Below are positions 28,083 to 36,984 of a DNA stretch of 64,000 nucleotides, one piece after another. Every line of letters begins with the position of its first letter. Within the stretch, counting starts at the first letter, position 1. The notes under the pieces were generated by a model that worked only from the letters and a program-made list of their open reading frames with translations, had not been told where the DNA came from and ran no database searches. Source of the stretch: Lentisphaeria bacterium (GTDB lineage Bacteria > Verrucomicrobiota > Lentisphaeria > Victivallales > Victivallaceae); contig JAFVZB010000008.1 in the NCBI GenBank assembly GCA_017508385.1, positions 32,848 to 96,847 of the forward strand, given 5' to 3'. The position numbers and the translations under genes were made by a program.

Positions 28083-29285
28083 CTATTTTGATCCGGAGCC
28101 TTCAGCGGCGGTCCGTAAAAGAATTTTCTGTATTTTTGCTGCTGTCGTCGTATCAGCAAAGTCGCCCTTATCGAGCATTCCTTCGAGATAGAAAAACACG
28201 AGGTTGTGTCTTGCGGCGTTCAAATTCAAGCTCCACGCTGCGCTTGAGGCGGAGTAGTAATTTCTCAATCTGTTTTTTTCTGCCGGAGAGAGTTCGCCTT
28301 TCCTTTTCTTTGCCTGCTCAGGAGTCATTGTCGGACGGTTCCTCAACTGATTGGCGATTTTGAGAATCGGTTCAGGCTTTCCTGTAAAGTAGAACTCCAT
28401 CCAGAAAGCGTTTATATCCTCTTCGGGATAGGGTTCGTTGAACTGCCATGGATTGTTTGCCTGCATCTGCTTGAGATATCCGGCAGTTTTGCGGTCGGCG
28501 TTTTTGATCATAAATTTCATCGCATCACTTCCGACAGCGGCAAAGAGCAATGCGAGATACTTTTTGTGGTCGGTTTCGAGTTCGGGAGAAAGTGCGGCAA
28601 ACTCTTTCCAGACAAATGGATTCTGCTCGATGGCTTTCGCCATTCCGTAGAGCAGCGGCAGCGGAGAGTAATTTTTGTTTTTGCGTGCCGCCGCATCACC
28701 TGAAAGAAAGATGTTGAACAGCTCAGGCAGTCTTTCCGGCTGCGGAGCTTTGTAGAAAGTTGAAATGAAACCTCTGATCTCATTGGTGTTTATCTTTAAC
28801 GGAGTCAACGGCTTGTGGATGAGTTTAATGTCAAGCTCAGCCGTTTTGGTAAAACCGTTTACCATATCTTTGACTTCGATTACAAACGTATGTTTACCCT
28901 CGGGGTCGTCGCTGCTGAAATCCCAGTTCGCCACCAGATTGGAGAGGTTTATCGAAGTCGGAGCAAAGCACTCGCCGTAAAACAGTTCCTGATTTTTGAA
29001 CAGCTCTGTTTTTTTCTCTCCCGACTTCAAATACATCGAGCCTGTGACGTGGGCTTTGCCCTTTTGGGTCTGGATTTTGGATAACAATATATATATATTG
29101 AATTTGTGTCCGGGACGAACCGCGGTTAACTCGGGTATCGCCGGAGTGCGATGAGCAGGCAATCCGGAAAACATATCGCTGACATTGAGCGCATTTGAGG
29201 CAACAAGGGATACCTCAACGGCAGAGAGTCCGCTGATAAAAAGCAGCAACAGTGCCGCAAATATGTTCCGGATGGCTTTTCTCAT
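28083..29285 (-). CDS. hypothetical secreted protein
   Basis: 400-aa ORF with a signal-like N-terminus (FAALLLLFISGLSA). No family recognised. Tightly packed between proS and the nifU-like gene. Confidence 0.6.
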   Translation of the reverse strand: MRKAIRNIFAALLLLFISGLSAVEVSLVASNALNVSDMFSGLPAHRTPAIPELTAVRPGHKFNIYILLSKIQTQKGKAHVTGSMYLKSGEKKTELFKNQELFYGECFAPTSINLSNLVANWDFSSDDPEGKHTFVIEVKDMVNGFTKTAELDIKLIHKPLTPLKINTNEIRGFISTFYKAPQPERLPELFNIFLSGDAAARKNKNYSPLPLLYGMAKAIEQNPFVWKEFAALSPELETDHKKYLALLFAAVGSDAMKFMIKNADRKTAGYLKQMQANNPWQFNEPYPEEDINAFWMEFYFTGKPEPILKIANQLRNRPTMTPEQAKKRKGELSPAEKNRLRNYYSASSAAWSLNLNAARHNLVFFYLEGMLDKGDFADTTTAAKIQKILLRTAAEGSGSK

Positions 29286-29288
29286 AGC

Positions 29289-31025
29289 TTAAAACTGATA
29301 TTTTTCCAGTTCGGTTCTGACCTCGTTCACGATAAATTGAACCGTCTCATCGACAGCGAGCCTCATGGCATCACGGCTGCCTCTGCGCTTGAATTCAACC
29401 TGTGCGTCGGCGAGGGTCTTGGGTGATATGACTATTCTCAGCGGAATACCGATCAAATCGGCATCGCTGAATACAAAACCTGCTTTTTCGCCGCGGTCAT
29501 CGTACAGCACCTCGATTCCGGCGGCTTCGAGTTCTGATACCAGCTTTTCGGCGGCCTCAGCGACTCCGGGCTTGTTGAGGTCGAGGGCGCACACCTGCAC
29601 CTGATAGGGAGCGATCGACATCGGCCAGATGGGACCGTAAGCATCATTTGAATACTCAATGACAGAAGCCATTGCCCTGCCGACTCCGATTCCGTAGCAT
29701 CCCATGACCATGGGGTGACTTTTTCCGTCACGGTCAAGGTAGTTGCAATTCATCGACTCAGAGTATTTTGTGCCGAGCTGGAAGATGTTTCCAACCTCGA
29801 TTCCTCTGAGCATTTCAAGCGGCTCACCTGAAATGGGGCAGGGGTCTCCGGCACGCACGGTTGCGATGTCGCCTGTGATGTATTCGACTCCGGCAAGATC
29901 ACGCTCGACGTTGAAGTTTTTGTAGTGGGCATCGGGAGCATTGGCTCCGACCACAAGGTTTGATGACTCGACCACGGAACGGTCGAGGATGATTTTTACT
30001 TTTTTTCCGTCAATGCCGATGGGGCTTGCATATCCCGGAACAGCTCCGGCGGCAAGTATCGCCTCGTCGTCGGCGAATTTCAGCTCGGGAACTTTTGCCA
30101 GATTGGCAAGTTTGCTCTCGTTGACTTCAAAGTCACCTCTGATCATGGCAAAAATCAGCTCTCCGGTTCTGGCGTTCTGGTAAAATACTGCCTTGCCGGT
30201 GTTTTCCGCCTTGACGTTGAGGAACTCGGCGACCTCTTCGATGGTCTTTTTGCCGGGAGTTGATACCTCCTCGAGCTCAAGAGCTTCGGACTTTTCAAAC
30301 TTCCATGCCGCAGTTGCGATCTCTCTGTTGGCACGGTATTTTTTGTCGGGAGATACGAAGATGGTATCCTCACCGCAATCGCAGATAGCCATAAACTCGT
30401 GCGAGACTTTTCCGCCCATCATTCCGGAGTTTGATTCGATGCTCAATACGTTGTCGAGTCCGAGCCGCTTGAAGATGCGCTCGTAAGCCTCGTGGGCACG
30501 CACATAGTATGCTTCGAGATCCGCCTGGTCGGTGTGGAAACTGTAAGCATCTTTCATGGTGAACTCACGGGTCCTGATGAGTCCGGCTCTGGGTCTTGCC
30601 TCGTCACGGTACTTGGTCTGAAGCTGATAGACCATTACGGGAAGCTGTTTGTAGCTGTTGACTTCGGTGCGGATAAGAGCGGTAACGCACTCCTCGTGAG
30701 TCATTGCCAGCAGCATGGGCTTGTCGTTGCGGTCAGAGAAGCGCAGAAGCTCGGCTCCGACAGATTCGTAACGGCCGGACTCCTGCCAGAGTTCTGCGGG
30801 GAGAACGACCGGCATGAGGATTTCCTGACCGTCGATACGGTCCATTTCCTCACGGATGATCTTCTCTATTTTGTCAGTGATTCTCTTGCCCATCGGCAGC
30901 AGGCTGTAAATACCTGCTGATACCGGACGGATATATCCTCCGCGGATGAGGAACTGATGACTTACTGTTTTTGCATCCTTCGGCAGCTCTTTGAGTCTGC
31001 GTCCGGCAAGTTTGCTCATTTTCAT
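29289..31025 (-). CDS. proS: proline--tRNA ligase (bacterial type with editing domain)
   Basis: 578 aa with class II motifs and an INS editing-domain-sized insert. AAGGTGA RBS upstream. Confidence 0.97.
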   Translation of the reverse strand: MKMSKLAGRRLKELPKDAKTVSHQFLIRGGYIRPVSAGIYSLLPMGKRITDKIEKIIREEMDRIDGQEILMPVVLPAELWQESGRYESVGAELLRFSDRNDKPMLLAMTHEECVTALIRTEVNSYKQLPVMVYQLQTKYRDEARPRAGLIRTREFTMKDAYSFHTDQADLEAYYVRAHEAYERIFKRLGLDNVLSIESNSGMMGGKVSHEFMAICDCGEDTIFVSPDKKYRANREIATAAWKFEKSEALELEEVSTPGKKTIEEVAEFLNVKAENTGKAVFYQNARTGELIFAMIRGDFEVNESKLANLAKVPELKFADDEAILAAGAVPGYASPIGIDGKKVKIILDRSVVESSNLVVGANAPDAHYKNFNVERDLAGVEYITGDIATVRAGDPCPISGEPLEMLRGIEVGNIFQLGTKYSESMNCNYLDRDGKSHPMVMGCYGIGVGRAMASVIEYSNDAYGPIWPMSIAPYQVQVCALDLNKPGVAEAAEKLVSELEAAGIEVLYDDRGEKAGFVFSDADLIGIPLRIVISPKTLADAQVEFKRRGSRDAMRLAVDETVQFIVNEVRTELEKYQF

Positions 31026-31037
31026 AATAGTATCACC

Positions 31038-32453
31038 TTAAAACTCTTTGGCGTTTTCGACGAATTCATGGTGCAGAGCGATCTGGGCGGATTCAAAGTG
31101 TCTCCGCTCGATGATGAACTGCATATTTACCTGACGCATGCACTGGTCGAGAGCGAGCACGTTGATTTCGCTTCCGGCGAGAGCTTTGGATGCCCGTGAA
31201 AGGAAGCCCGGAAGCTTCATGTTTGAACCGAGCACTGAGACGATCGCCACTGCACTGGTGTTGATTTCAGCGTTGGGGAACACTCTTCTCAACTCAGCCA
31301 GACAGTTTTGCAGTCCTGCCTGCTTTTCGCTCACATAGTGGGTGATGGTGTTGGCGTTGGTGTTTTTTGCGATGTAGCTTACGTTGTTTTCGGCAAAAGC
31401 ACGCAGCAGCTGATAGTCATATCCGGGAACTCCGACCATCTCGGGGTCAAAAACTTCGATGGCGATGATGTCACGTCTGCCGCAAATCATATCTACTCTC
31501 GGAACGGGGGAAACGTACTCACGGCTGATGAGAGTTCCGGGACTCTTGGGGTCAAAAGCGTTGGCAACTCTGATCGGAATACCGTGCAGTTCCATAGCCT
31601 TTGAGGCTTTGGGATGGATGGCTTCCATAGCCATATCCGAGAGCTGGTCGGCAATGTCGAAATTGGTGTGTCCGATGGTGCGGACTTTGTCGATTCCGAT
31701 GAGTTTGGGGTCACCGGTTGAAAGGTGGAACTCCTTGTGGATGACTCCCTCTCTTGCCTGAGTGACGACTGCGATCTTGCTGAAAGTGATTTCACTGTAA
31801 CCGCGGTCAAACTTCGCCATGACTCCCTCGGCGCACTTGGCGTAACCGGTGACGATCGGCATACAGGTGCCGAAATCCATGCCGGTGAGGTGGTGCTCGA
31901 TGGTGTCTTCCATGGAGCCTGTCTCCTGATCTTTCCAGCCGGAAAGGTCAACGAAAACGGCATTGACTCCGTGCTTCTGAAGAATGAGTGCAGAGTTGAA
32001 TGCACTGTGGGCTTCGCCGATGGAACTGAGCATCTCACGGGCTGCGGGCAGATAATTTGCTCCGCTGAAGTGTCCGAAACTGCGCAGCTGCATGAGGTGC
32101 ATCAGACAGGCTTTTGCTCCATCCATGCGCTCGTTGACGAAAGCATCGGCGGCGGCGCAGTCGAGTCCGAGAGATTCAAAGCCGTGGTTGATATCCATCA
32201 TCATATTTCTGGTATCTTCGAGTTTTTTCTGCCACGCTTTGTTGTCTCCTGAAGCGAAACTGCCGTAGATTCCGGGCTCTGCGGTCTTTTTGTTTTCGAG
32301 CAGGGCGTTGGTGATTCCGCCGTAAGCTGAAACTACAAATATGCGGTTGTAAAGTTTGCTGCCTTTTCTTTCGGCGATAAGGATATTATCCATAAGTTCG
32401 CCGAAGCGGCTCATACTGGTGCCGCCGATTTTTTCAACGGTATGCTGTCCCAT
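31038..32453 (-). CDS. aspartate kinase (long, about 470-aa form)
   Basis: N-terminal VEKIGGTSM kinase motif and C-terminal ACT-like region. Immediately downstream of hom. Confidence 0.85.
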   Translation of the reverse strand: MGQHTVEKIGGTSMSRFGELMDNILIAERKGSKLYNRIFVVSAYGGITNALLENKKTAEPGIYGSFASGDNKAWQKKLEDTRNMMMDINHGFESLGLDCAAADAFVNERMDGAKACLMHLMQLRSFGHFSGANYLPAAREMLSSIGEAHSAFNSALILQKHGVNAVFVDLSGWKDQETGSMEDTIEHHLTGMDFGTCMPIVTGYAKCAEGVMAKFDRGYSEITFSKIAVVTQAREGVIHKEFHLSTGDPKLIGIDKVRTIGHTNFDIADQLSDMAMEAIHPKASKAMELHGIPIRVANAFDPKSPGTLISREYVSPVPRVDMICGRRDIIAIEVFDPEMVGVPGYDYQLLRAFAENNVSYIAKNTNANTITHYVSEKQAGLQNCLAELRRVFPNAEINTSAVAIVSVLGSNMKLPGFLSRASKALAGSEINVLALDQCMRQVNMQFIIERRHFESAQIALHHEFVENAKEF

Positions 32454-32473
32454 GGTATGTAAACTCCTGTAAC

Positions 32474-33766
32474 TCAGAGGTCTTCGATGCGCAGCACCTT
32501 GACCGGAGATTGATTGATTGAAAGGATGCCGATTTCAGAGAGCGCGTTGCGCATATCTTTTTCGGTTGCGGGATGGGTGAGGATGACCAGATTTACGCCG
32601 CCGTCATCACGTCTGGTTTCGTGCTGGATGAGACTGGAAATACTGATCGAACGGTCTGCGAGTATCTGGGTGATCGAAGCGATGACTCCGGGGCAGTCAC
32701 GAACGAGAAGACGCAGATAGTAGCGGCTGGAAATATCCTCCGGAGAGAGAACCTGCTCGAACTGGATTCCTTTGCGGAAAGCCGGAATACGTCTGACGCA
32801 GTTGTTGGCAAGGTTGCGGGCGGCATCGATGATGTCGGCGACAACGGCACTTGCGGTGGCACGGCGTCCGGCTCCGCGTCCGTAGAAGAGGGTCTGATCG
32901 ACGAAGTCGCCATCGACCATGACTCCGTTGAAGACGTCGGAAATGTTGGCGAGCAGTGAGTTTTTCGGGATAAGAGTCGGGTGGACTCTCATCTGAACTT
33001 TGCCATCCTCATCTTTGATGATACCGAGCAGTTTGATGCGGTATCCGAGCTCGGAAGCACATCTGATATCCTCGATTTCGAGGTCTCTGATACCCTCGAC
33101 GTGAACCGGGTCGAGTCCGAACCACTTACCGTAAGCGAGGCTGGCGAGGATCGAGGTCTTGTGGGCGGTATCGAAGCCGTCGATATCCAGACTGGGGTTG
33201 GCTTCGGCATAGCCGAGCTTCTGGGCATCGGCGAGGACGGTTGAAAAATCTGCTCCCTCACGCTCCATGCGGGTGAGGATGTAGTTGCAGGTTCCGTTCA
33301 TGATTCCGTAAATGCGGCGGATGCGGTTTGAGGCAAGGCCCTCTCTCAGAGCCTTGATGATCGGGATTCCGCCTGCGACACTTGCTTCGTAAAAGAGGTC
33401 GGTTCCTGCCTCCTCAGCTGCGGAAAAGAGCTCTTTGCCGTGCAGTGAGAGCAGGGCTTTGTTGGCGGTGACCACCGCTTTGCCCGCTTTGATAGCGTCG
33501 AGAATGAACTTCTTGGCGATGGTTGTTCCGCCGACAGTTTCAACGATGATATCGCACTCGTTGATGGCAGTTGCGGCATCGGTGGTGAGGACTCCCTCAG
33601 GCACTTTCACTCCGCGGTCGGTTGTGATGTCGAGGTCGGCGATTTTAGTGACAGTGAGTCTGACGCCGTTTCTCTGAGCGATCATATCGCCGTTGGCGAT
33701 AATATTTTCTGCAACTCCGGCACCGACGGTACCGAAACCGATGATTCCTACTTTATACTCCTTCAT
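32474..33766 (-). CDS. hom: homoserine dehydrogenase
   Basis: GIIGFGTVGAGV NAD motif and C-terminal ACT domain. Start placed at ATG 33766 (GGAGG RBS). Confidence 0.93.
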   Translation of the reverse strand: MKEYKVGIIGFGTVGAGVAENIIANGDMIAQRNGVRLTVTKIADLDITTDRGVKVPEGVLTTDAATAINECDIIVETVGGTTIAKKFILDAIKAGKAVVTANKALLSLHGKELFSAAEEAGTDLFYEASVAGGIPIIKALREGLASNRIRRIYGIMNGTCNYILTRMEREGADFSTVLADAQKLGYAEANPSLDIDGFDTAHKTSILASLAYGKWFGLDPVHVEGIRDLEIEDIRCASELGYRIKLLGIIKDEDGKVQMRVHPTLIPKNSLLANISDVFNGVMVDGDFVDQTLFYGRGAGRRATASAVVADIIDAARNLANNCVRRIPAFRKGIQFEQVLSPEDISSRYYLRLLVRDCPGVIASITQILADRSISISSLIQHETRRDDGGVNLVILTHPATEKDMRNALSEIGILSINQSPVKVLRIEDL

Positions 33767-33817
33767 AATACCCTCCGATAATAAAGGTTTGGAAAAATAA
33801 ATACACACTCATCTAAT

Positions 33818-33846
33818 AATATAGCACGTCAGGATGATTTTGTAAA
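33818..33846 (-). promoter_or_regulatory. sigma70-like promoter TTTACA-N17-TATATT upstream of hom and aspartate kinase
   Basis: On the minus strand, -35 at 33846-33841 and -10 at 33823-33818, with exact 17-nt spacing. Confidence 0.4.
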
Positions 33847-33946
33847 CACTTTTTTATTAAAAAAGGAGCATTTTCAGCTGAAAAAGTGGAACAAAAAACG
33901 CATTTGTCTTCAGGAAACGGCAAAAAGTGTTCGCACAGACGGGTTT

Positions 33947-35968
33947 TCAGGAGTTTTTTCTCAGCTCTTTTATGCGGTCGCGCAGCTGGGCGGCACGTTC
34001 AAATTCAAGGGCTTCGGCGGCACTCATCATCTCTCCTGTCAACTCTGAAATGAGTTTGTCGAGCTCTGCTGAATCAAGGTTTTCGCCGTCAAGAGAGAGG
34101 ATACCGTCTGCGTTGATGGTGTTGCTTCCGAAATCGGGCAGTTCGTGTTTGGACTTCTTGCGTTTGGTCGAACCGATGATTTCAGCAATGGTCTTTTTGT
34201 GCTCTTTTCTGATGGTTACGGGAACGATATTGTGCTCCTTGTTGTAGGCTATCTGTTTCCTGCGCCGTGCCTCGGTCTGGGCTATCAATCCCTTTATCGC
34301 CGGAGTCATGTCATCGGCATAAAGAATTACTCTGCCGTTACTGTTTCTTGCGGCTCTGCCTGCGGTCTGGATGAGGGAGCGTTCCGAACGCAGAAAACCC
34401 ACTTTGTCGGCATCGAGAATGGCTACGAGTGCCACTTCGGGCAGGTCGATGCCCTCACGGAGCAGGTTGATTCCGATAACACAGTCGTACTCTCCGTTGC
34501 GGAGCTTGGTGAGCACTCTCACCCGTTCCAGAGCATCGAGTTCCGAGTGAAGATAGCACGCTTTGACTCCGAGTTCGGAAAGATACTCAGAGAGCCGCTC
34601 ACTGCTCTTTTTGGTCAATGTGGTGATGAAGGCACGCTCACCTTTGGAGGTCGCAACTCTGATTTCCTCGAGCACATCATCAAGCTGACCCTCGAGCGGA
34701 CGGACTTCCACCGGCGGGTCGAGCAATCCGGTCGGGCGGACTACCAGTTCGATCGGACTTCCGCTTTGCTGCAGCTCATACTCTCCCGGAGTGGCTGATA
34801 CATAAATCGTTTTGTCGGTACACTCGCAGAACTCCTCGAATTGAAGCGGCCTGTTTTCGAGTGCGCTCGGCAGTCTGAATCCGTGTTCGATGAGAATTTC
34901 CTTGCGGTGACGGTCGGCTTTATACATCGCCTGAAGCTGGGGCAATGTGACGTGGGATTCGTCGATGACCGTAACGAAATCATCGGGGAAAAAGTCAAAG
35001 AGGCAGTACGGACGGCTGCCAGGACGGCGTTGTGACAGGTACATCGAGTAGTTTTCTATGCCGCTGCAATATCCGAGCTCGTGCATCATCTCAAGGTCGT
35101 AATTGACCCTCTGGTGTATTCTCTGCGCCTCGACCAGAAGATTGCGCTCCTCGAAGTAGGCTATGCGTTCTGCGAGGTCTGCTCTGATCTCATGTGCCGC
35201 TGACTCTATTCTATCCTGCGGCATGACGAATTGCTTGCAGGGGAATAGCGTGGTGTTGTCGAGCTTTATTATCACTTTTCCGTTGACACTGTTGCGCCGC
35301 TCGATGCTTTCGACCTCGTCGCCCCAGAAACTTATTCTGACAAAGTCATCTCTCTGCGGCTCAAAGACATCGACAACATCACCCCTGACCCGGAACATTC
35401 CCCGTTCCGGAGCAGTGTCGTTACGCACATACTGGATATCGACCAGGCGGGTGAGCAGCTCGTTTCTTCCGATAGTGTCGCCGACGGAAAAACGCACGCA
35501 CATCTCGGTGAACTCTTCGGGAGCTCCCAAGCTGTAAATGCAGGATACGCTTGCCACGACGATTACATCACGCCTTTCAACCAGACTGGTGGTGGTCGAG
35601 AGTCTCAGCCGCTCGATTTCAGAGTTGATAGAGGAATCCTTGGCGATGTAGGTGTCGGTCTGCGGAATGTATGATTCCGGCATATAGTAATCGTAGTAAC
35701 TTACAAAGTACTCCACGGCGTTTTCAGGGAAAAAACTCTTGAACTCGCTGTAAAGCTGGGCGGCAAGAGTCTTGTTGTGCGAGAGCACCAGCACCGGGCA
35801 GTCGAGCTGAGTTATGGCATTTGCAAGCGTGAAAGTTTTGCCGGAACCTGTGACTCCGAGCAGAGTCTGGGCACGGTCGCCCCGTTTCAATCCGGCGGAT
35901 AAAGCCGCAATCGCCGATGGCTGGTCTCCTGCCGGAGCATACGGCGCACACAATTTGAATATTCCCAT
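33947..35968 (-). CDS. uvrB: excinuclease ABC subunit B
   Basis: GVTGSGKTFT Walker A, helicase motifs, and C-terminal UVR domain (AAQLRDRIKEL). Confidence 0.98.
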   Translation of the reverse strand: MGIFKLCAPYAPAGDQPSAIAALSAGLKRGDRAQTLLGVTGSGKTFTLANAITQLDCPVLVLSHNKTLAAQLYSEFKSFFPENAVEYFVSYYDYYMPESYIPQTDTYIAKDSSINSEIERLRLSTTTSLVERRDVIVVASVSCIYSLGAPEEFTEMCVRFSVGDTIGRNELLTRLVDIQYVRNDTAPERGMFRVRGDVVDVFEPQRDDFVRISFWGDEVESIERRNSVNGKVIIKLDNTTLFPCKQFVMPQDRIESAAHEIRADLAERIAYFEERNLLVEAQRIHQRVNYDLEMMHELGYCSGIENYSMYLSQRRPGSRPYCLFDFFPDDFVTVIDESHVTLPQLQAMYKADRHRKEILIEHGFRLPSALENRPLQFEEFCECTDKTIYVSATPGEYELQQSGSPIELVVRPTGLLDPPVEVRPLEGQLDDVLEEIRVATSKGERAFITTLTKKSSERLSEYLSELGVKACYLHSELDALERVRVLTKLRNGEYDCVIGINLLREGIDLPEVALVAILDADKVGFLRSERSLIQTAGRAARNSNGRVILYADDMTPAIKGLIAQTEARRRKQIAYNKEHNIVPVTIRKEHKKTIAEIIGSTKRKKSKHELPDFGSNTINADGILSLDGENLDSAELDKLISELTGEMMSAAEALEFERAAQLRDRIKELRKNS

Positions 35969-36025
35969 AAATCACCTCACGGGCATAAGATAATACCTTT
36001 GACTGTTAAAAGCAAGTTGAAAGCG

Positions 36026-36054
36026 TTGATTTTTCAACTTTTCCCGATTATATT
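36026..36054 (+). promoter_or_regulatory. sigma70-like promoter TTGATT-N17-TATATT upstream of the CDF transporter
   Basis: -35 at 36026-36031 and -10 at 36049-36054. A 7-bp inverted repeat GTTGAAA/TTTCAAC overlaps the -35. Confidence 0.4.
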
Positions 36055-36075
36055 GCTTGATAGAGGAGATGTTTT

Positions 36076-36948
36076 ATGAAAAATTCCGTTAAAAAAATCC
36101 GCAATATCACTGTTATCGGACTCGTGCTGAATATATTTCTCTCTTCGGCAAAAGCAGTCGGAGGCGTGATTTTTCACAGCCAATCGCTTATCGCTGATGC
36201 GGTTCATTCTCTAAGTGACCTGGTTACTGATATCGCAGTTCTGGTGGGCGTGAAATACTGGAATGCTCCGCCTGATGAGTCGCATCCGTACGGATACGGC
36301 AGGGTAGAGGCGGTGGTGTCAGCCGCCATCGGAGTCATTCTCGGTGCTGTTGCCGTTGAACTTGCGTGGGATGCTTTCGATACGGTGAAAAGCGGAAAAT
36401 ATACCGTTCCTGAACTGCCGGCGTTTTGGATAGCTCTCTTTTCGATATTTTCCAAGGAGTTGTTGTATCAGGTGACCGGAAAAATCGCAAAAGAGTGCTC
36501 GTCAACGGCTCTGGCGGCTAATGCGAAACACCACAGAAGTGATGCGTTAAGTTCGATTCCGGTTGCGGCTGCGATAATAATTTCCAATATTTTTCCGCAG
36601 ATAAAATACGTTGACCAGGCAGGAGCTTTCATCGTCTCATTTTTTATTATGCTTTCGGCGTGGCAGATAGTCAAACCTGCACTTGATGAGCTGTGCGATG
36701 CCGGAAACTGTGAGCTGCAAAAACAGATTCTTGAGATAGCTTCAGGATATTCTCAGATATCTTCAGTACACCATATCCGAACCCGTCGTATAGGAAGAAA
36801 CATCGTCGGAGAAATACATGTCAGAGTCGAACCCGATATCACTGTCCGTGAGGGGTACATCATCGCCCGTCAGCTGGAAACGGAAATTTTATCTGCAAAC
36901 GGACGTATTTCTGATATGAGCATCCACGTGGAACCCGCCGAGGATTAA
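36076..36948 (+). CDS. cation diffusion facilitator (CDF) family transporter
   Basis: HSLSDLVTD and HHRSDALSS metal-site motifs, 6 TM segments, and a C-terminal cytoplasmic domain. Confidence 0.9.
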   Translation: MKNSVKKIRNITVIGLVLNIFLSSAKAVGGVIFHSQSLIADAVHSLSDLVTDIAVLVGVKYWNAPPDESHPYGYGRVEAVVSAAIGVILGAVAVELAWDAFDTVKSGKYTVPELPAFWIALFSIFSKELLYQVTGKIAKECSSTALAANAKHHRSDALSSIPVAAAIIISNIFPQIKYVDQAGAFIVSFFIMLSAWQIVKPALDELCDAGNCELQKQILEIASGYSQISSVHHIRTRRIGRNIVGEIHVRVEPDITVREGYIIARQLETEILSANGRISDMSIHVEPAED

Positions 36949-36973
36949 AAAAGGCAGGCTTTTTCTGCCTGCC
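36947..36973 (-). terminator. rho-independent terminator of the 1416-aa gene (possibly bidirectional)
   Basis: 7-bp stem GGCAGGC/GCCTGCC (36953-36959 with 36967-36973). On the minus strand it is followed by a T-run (plus-strand A-run 36947-36952). Confidence 0.6.
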
Positions 36974-36984
36974 GCTGTGGTGAT

